DNA of 44,844 bases from a virus (Duplodnaviria; Caudoviricetes): the IMG/VR virus record IMGVR_UViG_3300032225_000646, positions 1 through 44,844 of that record; one strand, given 5' to 3'. Positions 28,445-36,441 of the stretch are shown here, piece by piece. Made by a program: the position numbers and the translations under genes. Each line of letters opens with the position of its first letter. Position 1 is the stretch's first letter. The notes below the pieces were generated by a model. The model made no database searches and had not been told where the DNA came from. It saw only the letters and a program-made list of their open reading frames with translations.

Positions 28445-29650
28445 TTAGTTTGAGTAAATACGAACTGCTTTGCCTTGCGGTGGTTTGAAGTGGTCGTTGT
28501 CAACTACGCCCCATAATGCAGGCACCTCGACGCACGCATTGCTACCATCTAAATACCCATCGGTTAACCACACAACACCTTTGGGTTGATACTTCTTGTC
28601 ACGAATGTATTGCACAACGCACTCAGGGGTAGTGCCACCGCCACCCTGTGGGGAAAGAAGATGACCGATGTTCTGATACTCGTGTGGCTTAAAGACTTGC
28701 TCACCACACACTTCGCTGTCCCACCATATAACACGCACAGAGTCAGGTCGTACGTTCTCTGCAATGCGGGCGATCTCACCGAACACAGTTGGATAGATGC
28801 CACCCATAGAGCCCGATGTATCACACGCAACGATAAGCTCACCAGTAGCCTCAGAGAAGTGCGACGGCATGACAATGCCAAGAGGTAGCAAGCGCTTGTT
28901 GGGTGGTGCAAAGCGAGAGTACTCATCACCCTCACATAGTGCAGTAACCCACTCACGCAGATGCTCACGCCAGTTAGTGTCACGCTTTTGTGTAGCACGA
29001 TCGAGTGGGCTGTTACGTGAACCCTTACCAGCTAGCTTGTCGGCAAGTATCTTACCTTGACGACCGGCATCATCTATCTGACGAGCTAGCTCGTTGGCTT
29101 CCTTACTGCCTAGCTCAACTGCGCTATCAAACATATGCTCATCGAGTGTGCCATGCCCACCCTTACCATCGCCTTGACCTTCGGGTGGTGGAGGTGGAGG
29201 ATTGCGCAACAAGTCTTGCAACACCTCGATGAATGAGAAGCCCTTGTACTTGTCGTCAACCAATGGCGCAGGATCTACTATGCGTTCGACAAACGTAAAG
29301 TTGGGGTCGATCTCCTCGATGGTTGCATTGACTACGTAGTCCATAGCCATGTTGCATAGCTGTGGATACTTCTTGGATAGCTCCTTGTAGTTAGTGCAGT
29401 GCATCAGCGCCTTGTGCAACGACTCGTGTGCAACGAGATAGCGCAACTGCTTGCGGTTAAGACCACCGACAAACGCAGGGTCGTAGTAAACATCACGACC
29501 ATCTGTGCCTGCTGTACCGATGTCCTCGAACTTGACGTCACCGACATACACATAGCCTGATAGACCAGCGAAGTCTTTGTTGTTGGTGAAGTCAACGTGT
29601 ACTGCAATCACCCGATCGGGTGCTGATAACTTATCCCATGTCTTACTCAT
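28445..29650 (-). CDS. Metallopeptidase-vWA protein (DUF2201-like)
   Basis: TAGTDG, AHESLH (HExxH), NMAMD..VN, MIDAS DTSGS, GGGT, TDGY. Confidence 0.85.
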   Translation of the reverse strand: MSKTWDKLSAPDRVIAVHVDFTNNKDFAGLSGYVYVGDVKFEDIGTAGTDGRDVYYDPAFVGGLNRKQLRYLVAHESLHKALMHCTNYKELSKKYPQLCNMAMDYVVNATIEEIDPNFTFVERIVDPAPLVDDKYKGFSFIEVLQDLLRNPPPPPPEGQGDGKGGHGTLDEHMFDSAVELGSKEANELARQIDDAGRQGKILADKLAGKGSRNSPLDRATQKRDTNWREHLREWVTALCEGDEYSRFAPPNKRLLPLGIVMPSHFSEATGELIVACDTSGSMGGIYPTVFGEIARIAENVRPDSVRVIWWDSEVCGEQVFKPHEYQNIGHLLSPQGGGGTTPECVVQYIRDKKYQPKGVVWLTDGYLDGSNACVEVPALWGVVDNDHFKPPQGKAVRIYSN

Positions 29651-29659
29651 ACTGCCTCC

Positions 29660-30775
29660 TTATTTGGTTGAGAAGTAAATCTTGTTGTCATTCATCAATG
29701 CTTGGAACGGCTTGACTGTGACGAACAATGCGGCACGATTAGAGTTGGAGATGTTGTTAGCGAACATAGACTGCAACTCCTTGCGGTTACGCATCACATA
29801 CTCGGTGCATGCCTCAGCTTCCTCTCGTGTGCTGGTATCTGTAACACACTTGAGCACAGTAATGATCTGCGCCACAGGATTGCTAGGAATAGGGCAAGTA
29901 GATGGTGAGCTAACTATCTTGCTAAACGCAGGCGTCTCGTCACCAAAGCGAATGAACGCACCCAATTCCTCAGCACCAGCACGACCGATCGTACCCTCGA
30001 GTAGACCTTGCAACGTATCGGTATCCATGTGCTCACGTTCTTTGACAATATCTGACGCAGAGTGTAATGAGCGAGGTGTAATGTAAGCCTGCTGAGATAA
30101 CAACGGATTGAAGATAACGTCATTGTCCTTAGACTGATCACGCCCTGCGTACTTACCGCCATCTTGATAGTCAAGGAAACTGTCGAACCATTTTGTGTGG
30201 CGCTCGGTGCATGCCAAGATGATAGAGTCAATGCCGTTGTCAATACCCCAGTTGTACCACTCAGGTTGCGTGGGCTTACGCATAGTCAAGAACACAAGAC
30301 GATTACGCAAGTGAGCTTGTATCGAATCACCCAAGCCCTCGACCGCAAGGTTAGTACCAGCGAACACGACCGAACCCTCAGCCATCTCGTAGTTACCAAC
30401 GGCACGCTCGTACACAATCGGAGCTAGCACGTCTTTGATGTACTGCTTAGCCTTAGCCAACTCGTCAAGGAACACAAGCGATGGTCTTGCGCCGTTGATA
30501 CCTTTCTGATTGGCTTTGCTTACACCGAAGCGCTCATTGGGTAGCTCACGAGATACGCCTGCGTCACGATCAATGTCAGGCATCCATACCGAACCATCAG
30601 ACATCTGAGTACAGTCGAGCTTGACCGCTACGTGATTGGCAAAGTGTGGGTCACGCTCAAGGGTGTGATAGATACCCGTCTTACCGATACCATTCTCACC
30701 TTGAACAATGATGGTGCGCTTGTGACCAATCATCTTGATAGCATTTGCTACTTGTAATGAATTAAGTAATTTCAT
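29660..30775 (-). CDS. AAA+ ATPase (MoxR/dynein-related)
   Basis: GENGIGKT Walker A, VFLDE Walker B, sensor N, LRNR, TPRS. Confidence 0.85.
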   Translation of the reverse strand: MKLLNSLQVANAIKMIGHKRTIIVQGENGIGKTGIYHTLERDPHFANHVAVKLDCTQMSDGSVWMPDIDRDAGVSRELPNERFGVSKANQKGINGARPSLVFLDELAKAKQYIKDVLAPIVYERAVGNYEMAEGSVVFAGTNLAVEGLGDSIQAHLRNRLVFLTMRKPTQPEWYNWGIDNGIDSIILACTERHTKWFDSFLDYQDGGKYAGRDQSKDNDVIFNPLLSQQAYITPRSLHSASDIVKEREHMDTDTLQGLLEGTIGRAGAEELGAFIRFGDETPAFSKIVSSPSTCPIPSNPVAQIITVLKCVTDTSTREEAEACTEYVMRNRKELQSMFANNISNSNRAALFVTVKPFQALMNDNKIYFSTK

Positions 30776-30818
30776 GATGCTTATATCCTCGTTTGATTAG
30801 TACTACTGTTTTTTAGAA

Positions 30819-30846
30819 ATTGTAACATACTACTTTATATAAACAA
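30819..30846 (-). promoter_or_regulatory. Putative sigma70 promoter of the AAA operon
   Basis: TTGTTT-16 bp-TACAAT with extended TGn, in an AT-rich gap. Confidence 0.55.
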
Positions 30847-30853
30847 CAACTAC

Positions 30854-31825
30854 TTAACCTCCTTTCTTATTGGCTACTGTGTAATAACTGTTTGGCAACG
30901 TCTTGCTGAACTGTGGTAGGGCTATTGACTCTGTGCCTTTGGATAGTCCAGCGAACGACATCAACCTAGCCACCAACGACTTCTTGAACTCATCGGCGGT
31001 GATCTCAGCTACGATGTCATCGGCTTTCTCTTGGGCATCATCAGCCTCGGCAGGGTTGCGTGACCTAGCCCAATTACCCATCCTATGGAACAAATTGTAG
31101 TCAGCGTTGTATACCTTCTTGCTAGCTAGCATGTCGAAGCAATCTTGTGCCACCTCATCAAAGGTTTGCATGAATGACTGCGACTCAAGGGGTAGGGGTA
31201 AATTGCGCAGGGCATCTTGCATCGTGCCTTGTATTGCGTAGCCCAAGCGTGACTCACCGAATGGTCGACCCATGTCAGCTTGTAGCTTGCAGTTATCCTT
31301 GAGTGTGGGTAGCTTGAACATCTGAAGCGTGACGTAGGCATCGAGTTCTTTCTTGATGTCCTTACGCTTCTGCTTGTCGTTGTTGGTTGAGGCAAGGCGG
31401 TATACATCAGCATGCCATGACTTCTCCACAATGAGTTGGTGAGAACTGTTGTAGGTAAGCAACGCAGAGAAGTCCTTGCCCTGATCTCGGTAGTATGGGT
31501 TGAGTGGCACACGAACTGTGTCGCCTGTCGTGGTGGTGACACCGACGCCATTGTAGTAGCCGGTGAACTTGTACTGTAAATGTATGTCGTATGTACCATA
31601 CAAGCCAATGACTGCGACCTCATACTCGCCTGCTTCGTTTGGTTCGTACACCCGAGCGACATCTACGCCGTTAACCTTGTAGACATAGCTGTGTGCGTCC
31701 TTCTGCAACATAAGGTGTGCCTCGGATACCCTGCGTAGCGGTCGTTGAAACTCGTTGTACTTCTTACTACGTGGTGGCTTCTTGGTCTTGTTGAATAAGT
31801 CGTGTGCTGTTTGATATGTGATCAT
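30854..31825 (-). CDS. Hypothetical early protein
   Basis: 323 aa, AAGGAG RBS. Confidence 0.7.
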   Translation of the reverse strand: MITYQTAHDLFNKTKKPPRSKKYNEFQRPLRRVSEAHLMLQKDAHSYVYKVNGVDVARVYEPNEAGEYEVAVIGLYGTYDIHLQYKFTGYYNGVGVTTTTGDTVRVPLNPYYRDQGKDFSALLTYNSSHQLIVEKSWHADVYRLASTNNDKQKRKDIKKELDAYVTLQMFKLPTLKDNCKLQADMGRPFGESRLGYAIQGTMQDALRNLPLPLESQSFMQTFDEVAQDCFDMLASKKVYNADYNLFHRMGNWARSRNPAEADDAQEKADDIVAEITADEFKKSLVARLMSFAGLSKGTESIALPQFSKTLPNSYYTVANKKGG

Positions 31826-32007
31826 TTGCTACTCCTTTGTTGGTTGATTGATACTGCTAGTGCTACTTGGTTGATGTACTGCTGTGCTTTACTGCGACTA
31901 CTAAAGTACTGCGCTGACCAAGGCTTTGGTGTCCAACCGATTGTGCCGACTGCACCCTCGGGTCTAACGACCCACCCTGTGCGTGTTTGTTCTATTGCTA
32001 ATTTCAT
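31822..32007 (-). CDS. Hypothetical early protein
   Basis: Start MKLAIEQ after AAGGAG. Confidence 0.55.
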   Translation of the reverse strand: MKLAIEQTRTGWVVRPEGAVGTIGWTPKPWSAQYFSSRSKAQQYINQVALAVSINQQRSSK

Positions 32008-32180
32008 ACAAACTCCTTTATCCAATCTACATACACTTCGTTTAAAGAAAACCACCGAGCCACACGCTTGTTATCAGGTAGGTGGAGAGGGTAGTTAACT
32101 AGCAAACCACGCTCACCGCTACGCACAAACACATAGAACTCAGGGTTGTCGGGCTTGCGATATAGCTTAACTACCCTCAT
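32004..32180 (-). CDS. Hypothetical 58-aa protein (not in ORF track)
   Basis: MRVVKLYRKPDNPEFYVFVR..WIKEFV*; ATGA overlap downstream. Confidence 0.55.
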   Translation of the reverse strand: MRVVKLYRKPDNPEFYVFVRSGERGLLVNYPLHLPDNKRVARWFSLNEVYVDWIKEFV

Positions 32181-32193
32181 TCATACCCCCCGT

Positions 32194-32877
32194 TTATTTG
32201 CTGATTGTGATGGTTGCGCCTGACATATACGACTCAACTGCGTCGTCGATCTTGTCGCTGACAATGCCATCAATCCTGTCATCAACTGCATCAGATACAG
32301 CATCATCGAAGTCGAAGTGGTATGTTGGGTCGAAGTTATTCTCGAAGTACGACTCGACCTCACTCTCCACAACGGATTCCACAGCGTCTTTTGCGTAGTC
32401 TGCAAAGTCATAGGTGTCATCAACAATGCCACGCACCATCTCTTTGAACCAGTCGGCTTGTTGAAGCGTCACACTCACGCACTCTTGGAGAGAATTCTCT
32501 CCGGCTTTGGTTTCGGCTTGAGAAGAGGTGATGACCGAAGTAAGAAGCTGTAGCTGGGTACAGATGTTGTTGATGATGTCAGCCAAGGTAGGCTGAGGTT
32601 CGGGTGCGCCGAGTGTACCCCCATGCGTGTACTGAATTGCATCAGGGTTTGGTAGGCGTATGTTGTCTACTATGTCCTGCATTGTTGGTTCAGGTATAGC
32701 CCTGTTCTCCACAAGTGATTGCAATACTTCCTTGGTTTCTCTCGGCACTTCGGGTGCGTTAAGGTGGTCGAGTAATAATTCTTTCAGTCCGATATTTTCC
32801 ATTTGCTTAAACTCCTCGTCTTGTTCATGGGTTGTAGGTACTGCGTTGCTAAGGTCTTGCATTGTGAATGTTGTCAT
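32194..32877 (-). CDS. Acidic hypothetical early protein
   Basis: 227 aa, Asp/Glu-rich C-terminus, AGGAG RBS. Confidence 0.7.
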   Translation of the reverse strand: MTTFTMQDLSNAVPTTHEQDEEFKQMENIGLKELLLDHLNAPEVPRETKEVLQSLVENRAIPEPTMQDIVDNIRLPNPDAIQYTHGGTLGAPEPQPTLADIINNICTQLQLLTSVITSSQAETKAGENSLQECVSVTLQQADWFKEMVRGIVDDTYDFADYAKDAVESVVESEVESYFENNFDPTYHFDFDDAVSDAVDDRIDGIVSDKIDDAVESYMSGATITISK

Positions 32878-33041
32878 GCTGTTTCTCCTTTAGTGATTTC
32901 GATAGTTACATCTTCGTTAAAGTCCTGCTCGTATTCAGTAGCAAGATAGTCGTCATCGCACACTTCGTAGTGTTTTCGCCATGATTGAACCAATAAATCA
33001 ATTAAATCCTGCCTACTGATCTTTACTACTTTTTTACTCAT
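32874..33041 (-). CDS. Hypothetical 55-aa acidic protein (not in ORF track)
   Basis: MSKKVVKISRQDLIDLL..KGETA*; AGGAG RBS. Confidence 0.6.
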   Translation of the reverse strand: MSKKVVKISRQDLIDLLVQSWRKHYEVCDDDYLATEYEQDFNEDVTIEITKGETA

Positions 33042-33505
33042 GCTGTTTCTCCTATCGCTTGGTTGAACTGCTCGGTTATGTTTAACTCCAACTCCTCACT
33101 ACTGTGCTTACTACAAACTGTTACATACGCACTGCCTTCAAATACCTCAAGACGACAATGCGCCCACCCACCCCATTCGTTTGATATATCTACGCTGAAG
33201 TGGCTGTAAAACACAACAGACTTAGCTCCATCAAGCGCACCCAATATGCCTCGTGCCATCTTGAAAGGTAATACCCCTGAGTCCTCGATCGTTACATTGA
33301 TCCACTCAGGCGTGTCGGCATACTCTGCGTTGAGGTACATCTCCTCGGTGAATTCGATCTTGATGTCGGGCGTGTTGTCTGCATTGATCTCAGCCCATGC
33401 CTCGTCCCATGCCTTCTGATCTTCTTCGCTTGGGTTGTTGGGTGGTTCACAAAGAAACTCGTTGTCGCCCTTGTGTAAGTAGCGGTACTGTCTGATGTTG
33501 CTCAT
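33038..33505 (-). CDS. Hypothetical early protein
   Basis: Start MSNIRQY after AGGAG. Confidence 0.65.
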   Translation of the reverse strand: MSNIRQYRYLHKGDNEFLCEPPNNPSEEDQKAWDEAWAEINADNTPDIKIEFTEEMYLNAEYADTPEWINVTIEDSGVLPFKMARGILGALDGAKSVVFYSHFSVDISNEWGGWAHCRLEVFEGSAYVTVCSKHSSEELELNITEQFNQAIGETA

Positions 33506-33636
33506 TGCTTTTCTCCTAGTTCGCACAACTTAGCCAAACACCATAAAAGCCCAGCAAATAACCCAAAGGTAAGACCAACGGATATAAGCCAAGCACCTAT
33601 CTCCAACAACCAATACGCCCAATCAATTGCTTCCAT
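33502..33636 (-). CDS. Small membrane protein (44 aa)
   Basis: MEAIDWAYWLLEIGAWLISVGLTFGLFAGLLWCLAKLCELGEKQ*. Confidence 0.55.
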   Translation of the reverse strand: MEAIDWAYWLLEIGAWLISVGLTFGLFAGLLWCLAKLCELGEKQ

Positions 33637-33880
33637 GACTAAACTCGCAATGTCCGCAGTTCTCAACTAAGTGGCGTGCCATATCACTAATGAGGGTTTC
33701 AATCTCATCTAGCACCTCATTCCCATACTTAAACTCCCACTCAGTTAGCGCACTACTTACCTCGTTAATGCGTTCCCACTCAGCTTCGCTATCGTCTCGT
33801 GCTGGTGGTGCGGTAAGGCAATGAATGATGTTAGGTAAGTCTTCTTCTAATGCGGTTTCATACTCTGTGTAGTAACTCAT
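33623..33880 (-). CDS. Hypothetical acidic protein
   Basis: 85 aa, GAGGAG RBS. Confidence 0.6.
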   Translation of the reverse strand: MSYYTEYETALEEDLPNIIHCLTAPPARDDSEAEWERINEVSSALTEWEFKYGNEVLDEIETLISDMARHLVENCGHCEFSHGSN

Positions 33881-34242
33881 ACCGACTCCTCCTCTCGTGC
33901 TAATACGCCTTCAATAAACCCATCTACGAAACACTCTTTGCCAACACCAACAGGGTCGTTGTCTTTCTCCCATAGCTTGAGTGCGTGTTGCCGTAGCTCT
34001 TGTAGGTACCCCTCGTCATACACCCAGTCGTATGTCTCAACAGGGCGAATGATGTATAGGTAGTTTGTGGTATCAACGCCATCTTGTGCGAACTTGAACT
34101 TCATGCGGTCGATCTCCGCTTTTGCTTCTTCTACATACAGATAGCCATACTTGGCATACACACACTTGCCAGCCAACCCACCATCGAATACATCTACTGT
34201 GTACGACTCGCCTTTCGGCACTTGCTTTAGTCTGCCTCTCAT
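33877..34242 (-). CDS. Hypothetical protein
   Basis: 121 aa, AAGGAG RBS. Confidence 0.65.
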   Translation of the reverse strand: MRGRLKQVPKGESYTVDVFDGGLAGKCVYAKYGYLYVEEAKAEIDRMKFKFAQDGVDTTNYLYIIRPVETYDWVYDEGYLQELRQHALKLWEKDNDPVGVGKECFVDGFIEGVLAREEESV

Positions 34243-34302
34243 AATGATTCTCCTTGTCTAATAGATTGTGCTACTTGTTGGAGAGAATTCTCTCCGTCTC
34301 TT

Positions 34303-34410
34303 TTAAAACCACACCCACAACATAAAAGCACGAAACATCTGTGCAATAAAAAAGAACAACACAAGGGCAAGGATTGCCCAAATAAACCGATCTTCATCCA
34401 TCCACTTCAT
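34303..34410 (-). CDS. Small membrane protein (35 aa)
   Basis: MKWMDEDRFIWAILALVLFFFIAQMFRAFMLWVWF*. Confidence 0.5.
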   Translation of the reverse strand: MKWMDEDRFIWAILALVLFFFIAQMFRAFMLWVWF

Positions 34411-34411
34411 G

Positions 34412-34582
34412 CTACACCTGCCTTTCTTGGTTAATTAAAAACTGCCATACGCTACGCTCAAACTCAGAAAACTCCTTGGCATCTACTTGGCAGTAGTCTT
34501 TTGGGTTTTCCAAATCCTGCACCATCAACGAATCATCACCACACAATGAATACTCGTTGTCATCATCTCTAACTGTTAGCAT
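34412..34582 (-). CDS. Hypothetical 56-aa acidic protein
   Basis: MLTVRDDDNEYSLCGDD..QERQV*. Confidence 0.5.
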   Translation of the reverse strand: MLTVRDDDNEYSLCGDDSLMVQDLENPKDYCQVDAKEFSEFERSVWQFLINQERQV

Positions 34583-34583
34583 C

Positions 34584-35222
34584 TCAATACCCTACCTTTC
34601 TTCGTTTGATTACTTCGTTGATTTTGATGTCGGGAGAGATTTCTCTCCCACTACTTGCCTGCTCAAGCAGATCTTGTCTTATTCGTTTTGCCTCTGCGTA
34701 GTTGTAGCTATGTTGATCTAGCATGGCGTGTTGTAGGAATGTCGGGTCTTCGGGCATTTGGTTCTTGTATGAGTAATAGCGGTTAGCGTATGCCGTGACC
34801 TGTGTTTGTAGGTTCGACTTGAGTTCGTCTTGCCACAGGGTTCGCTTTTTCTGCCAATACTCTTTCATGACCTTGCTTCGTCTGCGTGGTAGTGCTTCAC
34901 GCTTTTCTGTTATCAAGGCTTCGCCAATGATGGGGTTCATGTCACCGCTTGTGATCTTGTTGCGTAGTTCTTTGATCGACAGGGGTGTTCTGCGTTTGCG
35001 TTGGTTTCTACAGTCTCTGCACAATGAACTGTACAGTGTGTGCCGTGTGGTTAGGTTCGGTTTGCGTAGCAACGCTTTGCTCTGTGCAAGGGTGAGCACC
35101 CGATGGAATTCTTTTTTGGGTTTGGTTTTACCGCAAGTTTTGCACAGAAGAGTGATGACCGAAGTTGGGAGAGAATTCTCTCCGAGTTGTGTGTTGACGG
35201 ATTTTCCCTTGTGCTGGTGCAT
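34584..35222 (-). CDS. Basic zinc-finger protein
   Basis: Start MHQHKG after AAGGAG; CKTC..CRDC, K/R-rich. Confidence 0.65.
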   Translation of the reverse strand: MHQHKGKSVNTQLGENSLPTSVITLLCKTCGKTKPKKEFHRVLTLAQSKALLRKPNLTTRHTLYSSLCRDCRNQRKRRTPLSIKELRNKITSGDMNPIIGEALITEKREALPRRRSKVMKEYWQKKRTLWQDELKSNLQTQVTAYANRYYSYKNQMPEDPTFLQHAMLDQHSYNYAEAKRIRQDLLEQASSGREISPDIKINEVIKRRKVGY

Positions 35223-35241
35223 GATGTTCTCCTTAAAAATC

Positions 35242-35538
35242 TGCCAATAGTCTACCAATTCACTGCAGGTGGACGCAGTACTAGACGCCACGAGAAGTAT
35301 ACATTATAAGGCTTAAGAGATATAGTGACCAAGATATATACAAGCCACAGAGTTTTATTAAAGTAACTAAATCTTTCAACAAGAAAACCCTGTCCACTTT
35401 TATCTCTCTTATTATTATGTATTCTATTCTCTTTTATATATATATAGGTAGGTTGCCAAGTTGACGCAACCATATATCGTATACCTTTGAGGGCGTCCAC
35501 TATGTGTCCACTAGTACTCAAATGGTAGACTATTGGCA
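35242..35538. other. Inverted-repeat-bracketed AT-rich element, candidate replication origin
   Basis: 16-bp perfect IR at 35242-35257/35523-35538, GTCCAC/GTGGAC hexamers, AT-rich core. Confidence 0.5.
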
Positions 35539-35595
35539 AAAATGGGTAGAAAGGGGGTGTTGTGCTACTTGTTGGAGAGAAGTCTCTCCGACCCC

Positions 35596-35814
35596 TCAAT
35601 CTGCCCACTTGGAACGAGCCAATGCTACTGTGGTTACGATGAACCAACCATCTTGAAAGCCATCGTTAGCACCGAGCTTCTTGAGTGCGTTGAGTGCCGT
35701 CTTGTAGTGGTCGTGGCATTTCATTGTGCCGTCAGTATCTCGTTGGAATGAACAGATAAGCCCGTCCTCTTTGTAGATAACATGATAGCCCGTTGGGTTG
35801 AGTTTCTTTTTCAT
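35596..35814 (-). CDS. Hypothetical early protein
   Basis: Start MKKKLNP after AAGGAG. Confidence 0.6.
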   Translation of the reverse strand: MKKKLNPTGYHVIYKEDGLICSFQRDTDGTMKCHDHYKTALNALKKLGANDGFQDGWFIVTTVALARSKWAD

Positions 35815-35960
35815 TGTGTTACTCCTTTGTAGCGTTGTTGTAGGATTGCTTCTATGAGTGCTTCGGTGGTGCGTAGGTGCTTGGCAATGTACTGCGGAGA
35901 CTTGCCTTGGTGATACATATGGCACACCAATATGGTGTCGAACCTAGGTTTTACTTGCAT
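35811..35960 (-). CDS. Small HTH-like protein (49 aa, not in ORF track)
   Basis: MQVKPRFDTILVCHMYHQGKSPQYIAKHLRTTEALIEAILQQRYKGVTQ*; GAAGGAG RBS. Confidence 0.6.
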   Translation of the reverse strand: MQVKPRFDTILVCHMYHQGKSPQYIAKHLRTTEALIEAILQQRYKGVTQ

Positions 35961-36001
35961 GACTACTCCTTCGTTGGTTGTGGAGAGAATTCTCTCCGAG
36001 G

Positions 36002-36178
36002 TTAAGTGTTAACTGCGTGCAACAAGATGCGAGCCTTCCACCATATGTGGTTGCGTAGTGCGTCTATATCACCCTCGCATTCCTCATAGTGCTTACGCTC
36101 GTTCTCTAAAACATATTGCATAACATCAATAAGGGCTTTGTAGTCTTCGCCCTCAAGGGTTATTGATTCTTTTTGCAT
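36002..36178 (-). CDS. Hypothetical early protein
   Basis: Start MQKESIT after GAAGGAG. Confidence 0.6.
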   Translation of the reverse strand: MQKESITLEGEDYKALIDVMQYVLENERKHYEECEGDIDALRNHIWWKARILLHAVNT

Positions 36179-36221
36179 GGTAATACTCCTTCGTTGGTTG
36201 GGAGAGAATTCTCTCCGAGGT

Positions 36222-36353
36222 TTATGGTCGTGCATTGACCATTTGAAACGCTTGACTCATCAAGTCCCATGTTTGTTGGGCTTGGGCTAGGTTGTTGATT
36301 GATACTTCCATTGTTGTGCCTGTGTTAGGCACTCTGAAAAAGATTGAATACAT
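36222..36353 (-). CDS. Hypothetical early protein (43 aa)
   Basis: Start MYSIFFRVP after AAGGAG. Confidence 0.55.
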   Translation of the reverse strand: MYSIFFRVPNTGTTMEVSINNLAQAQQTWDLMSQAFQMVNARP

Positions 36354-36441
36354 GGTATTGCTCCTTTGTTGTGATACTTGTTGGTGAGAAAGGGCAAGAC
36401 TTGACACGAAACTAAACAGCGATGAAGCCTCGCCCTTTCGA

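Noticed and set aside
32492-32497. EcoRI site GAATTC at the palindrome centre as a restriction-related signal
   Set aside because: Two copies lose GAATTC while keeping the arms, and GAATTC occurs freely elsewhere
35252-35647. 131-aa and 72-aa ORFs across the origin-like region
   Set aside because: No RBS, atypical composition; better explained by non-coding repeats
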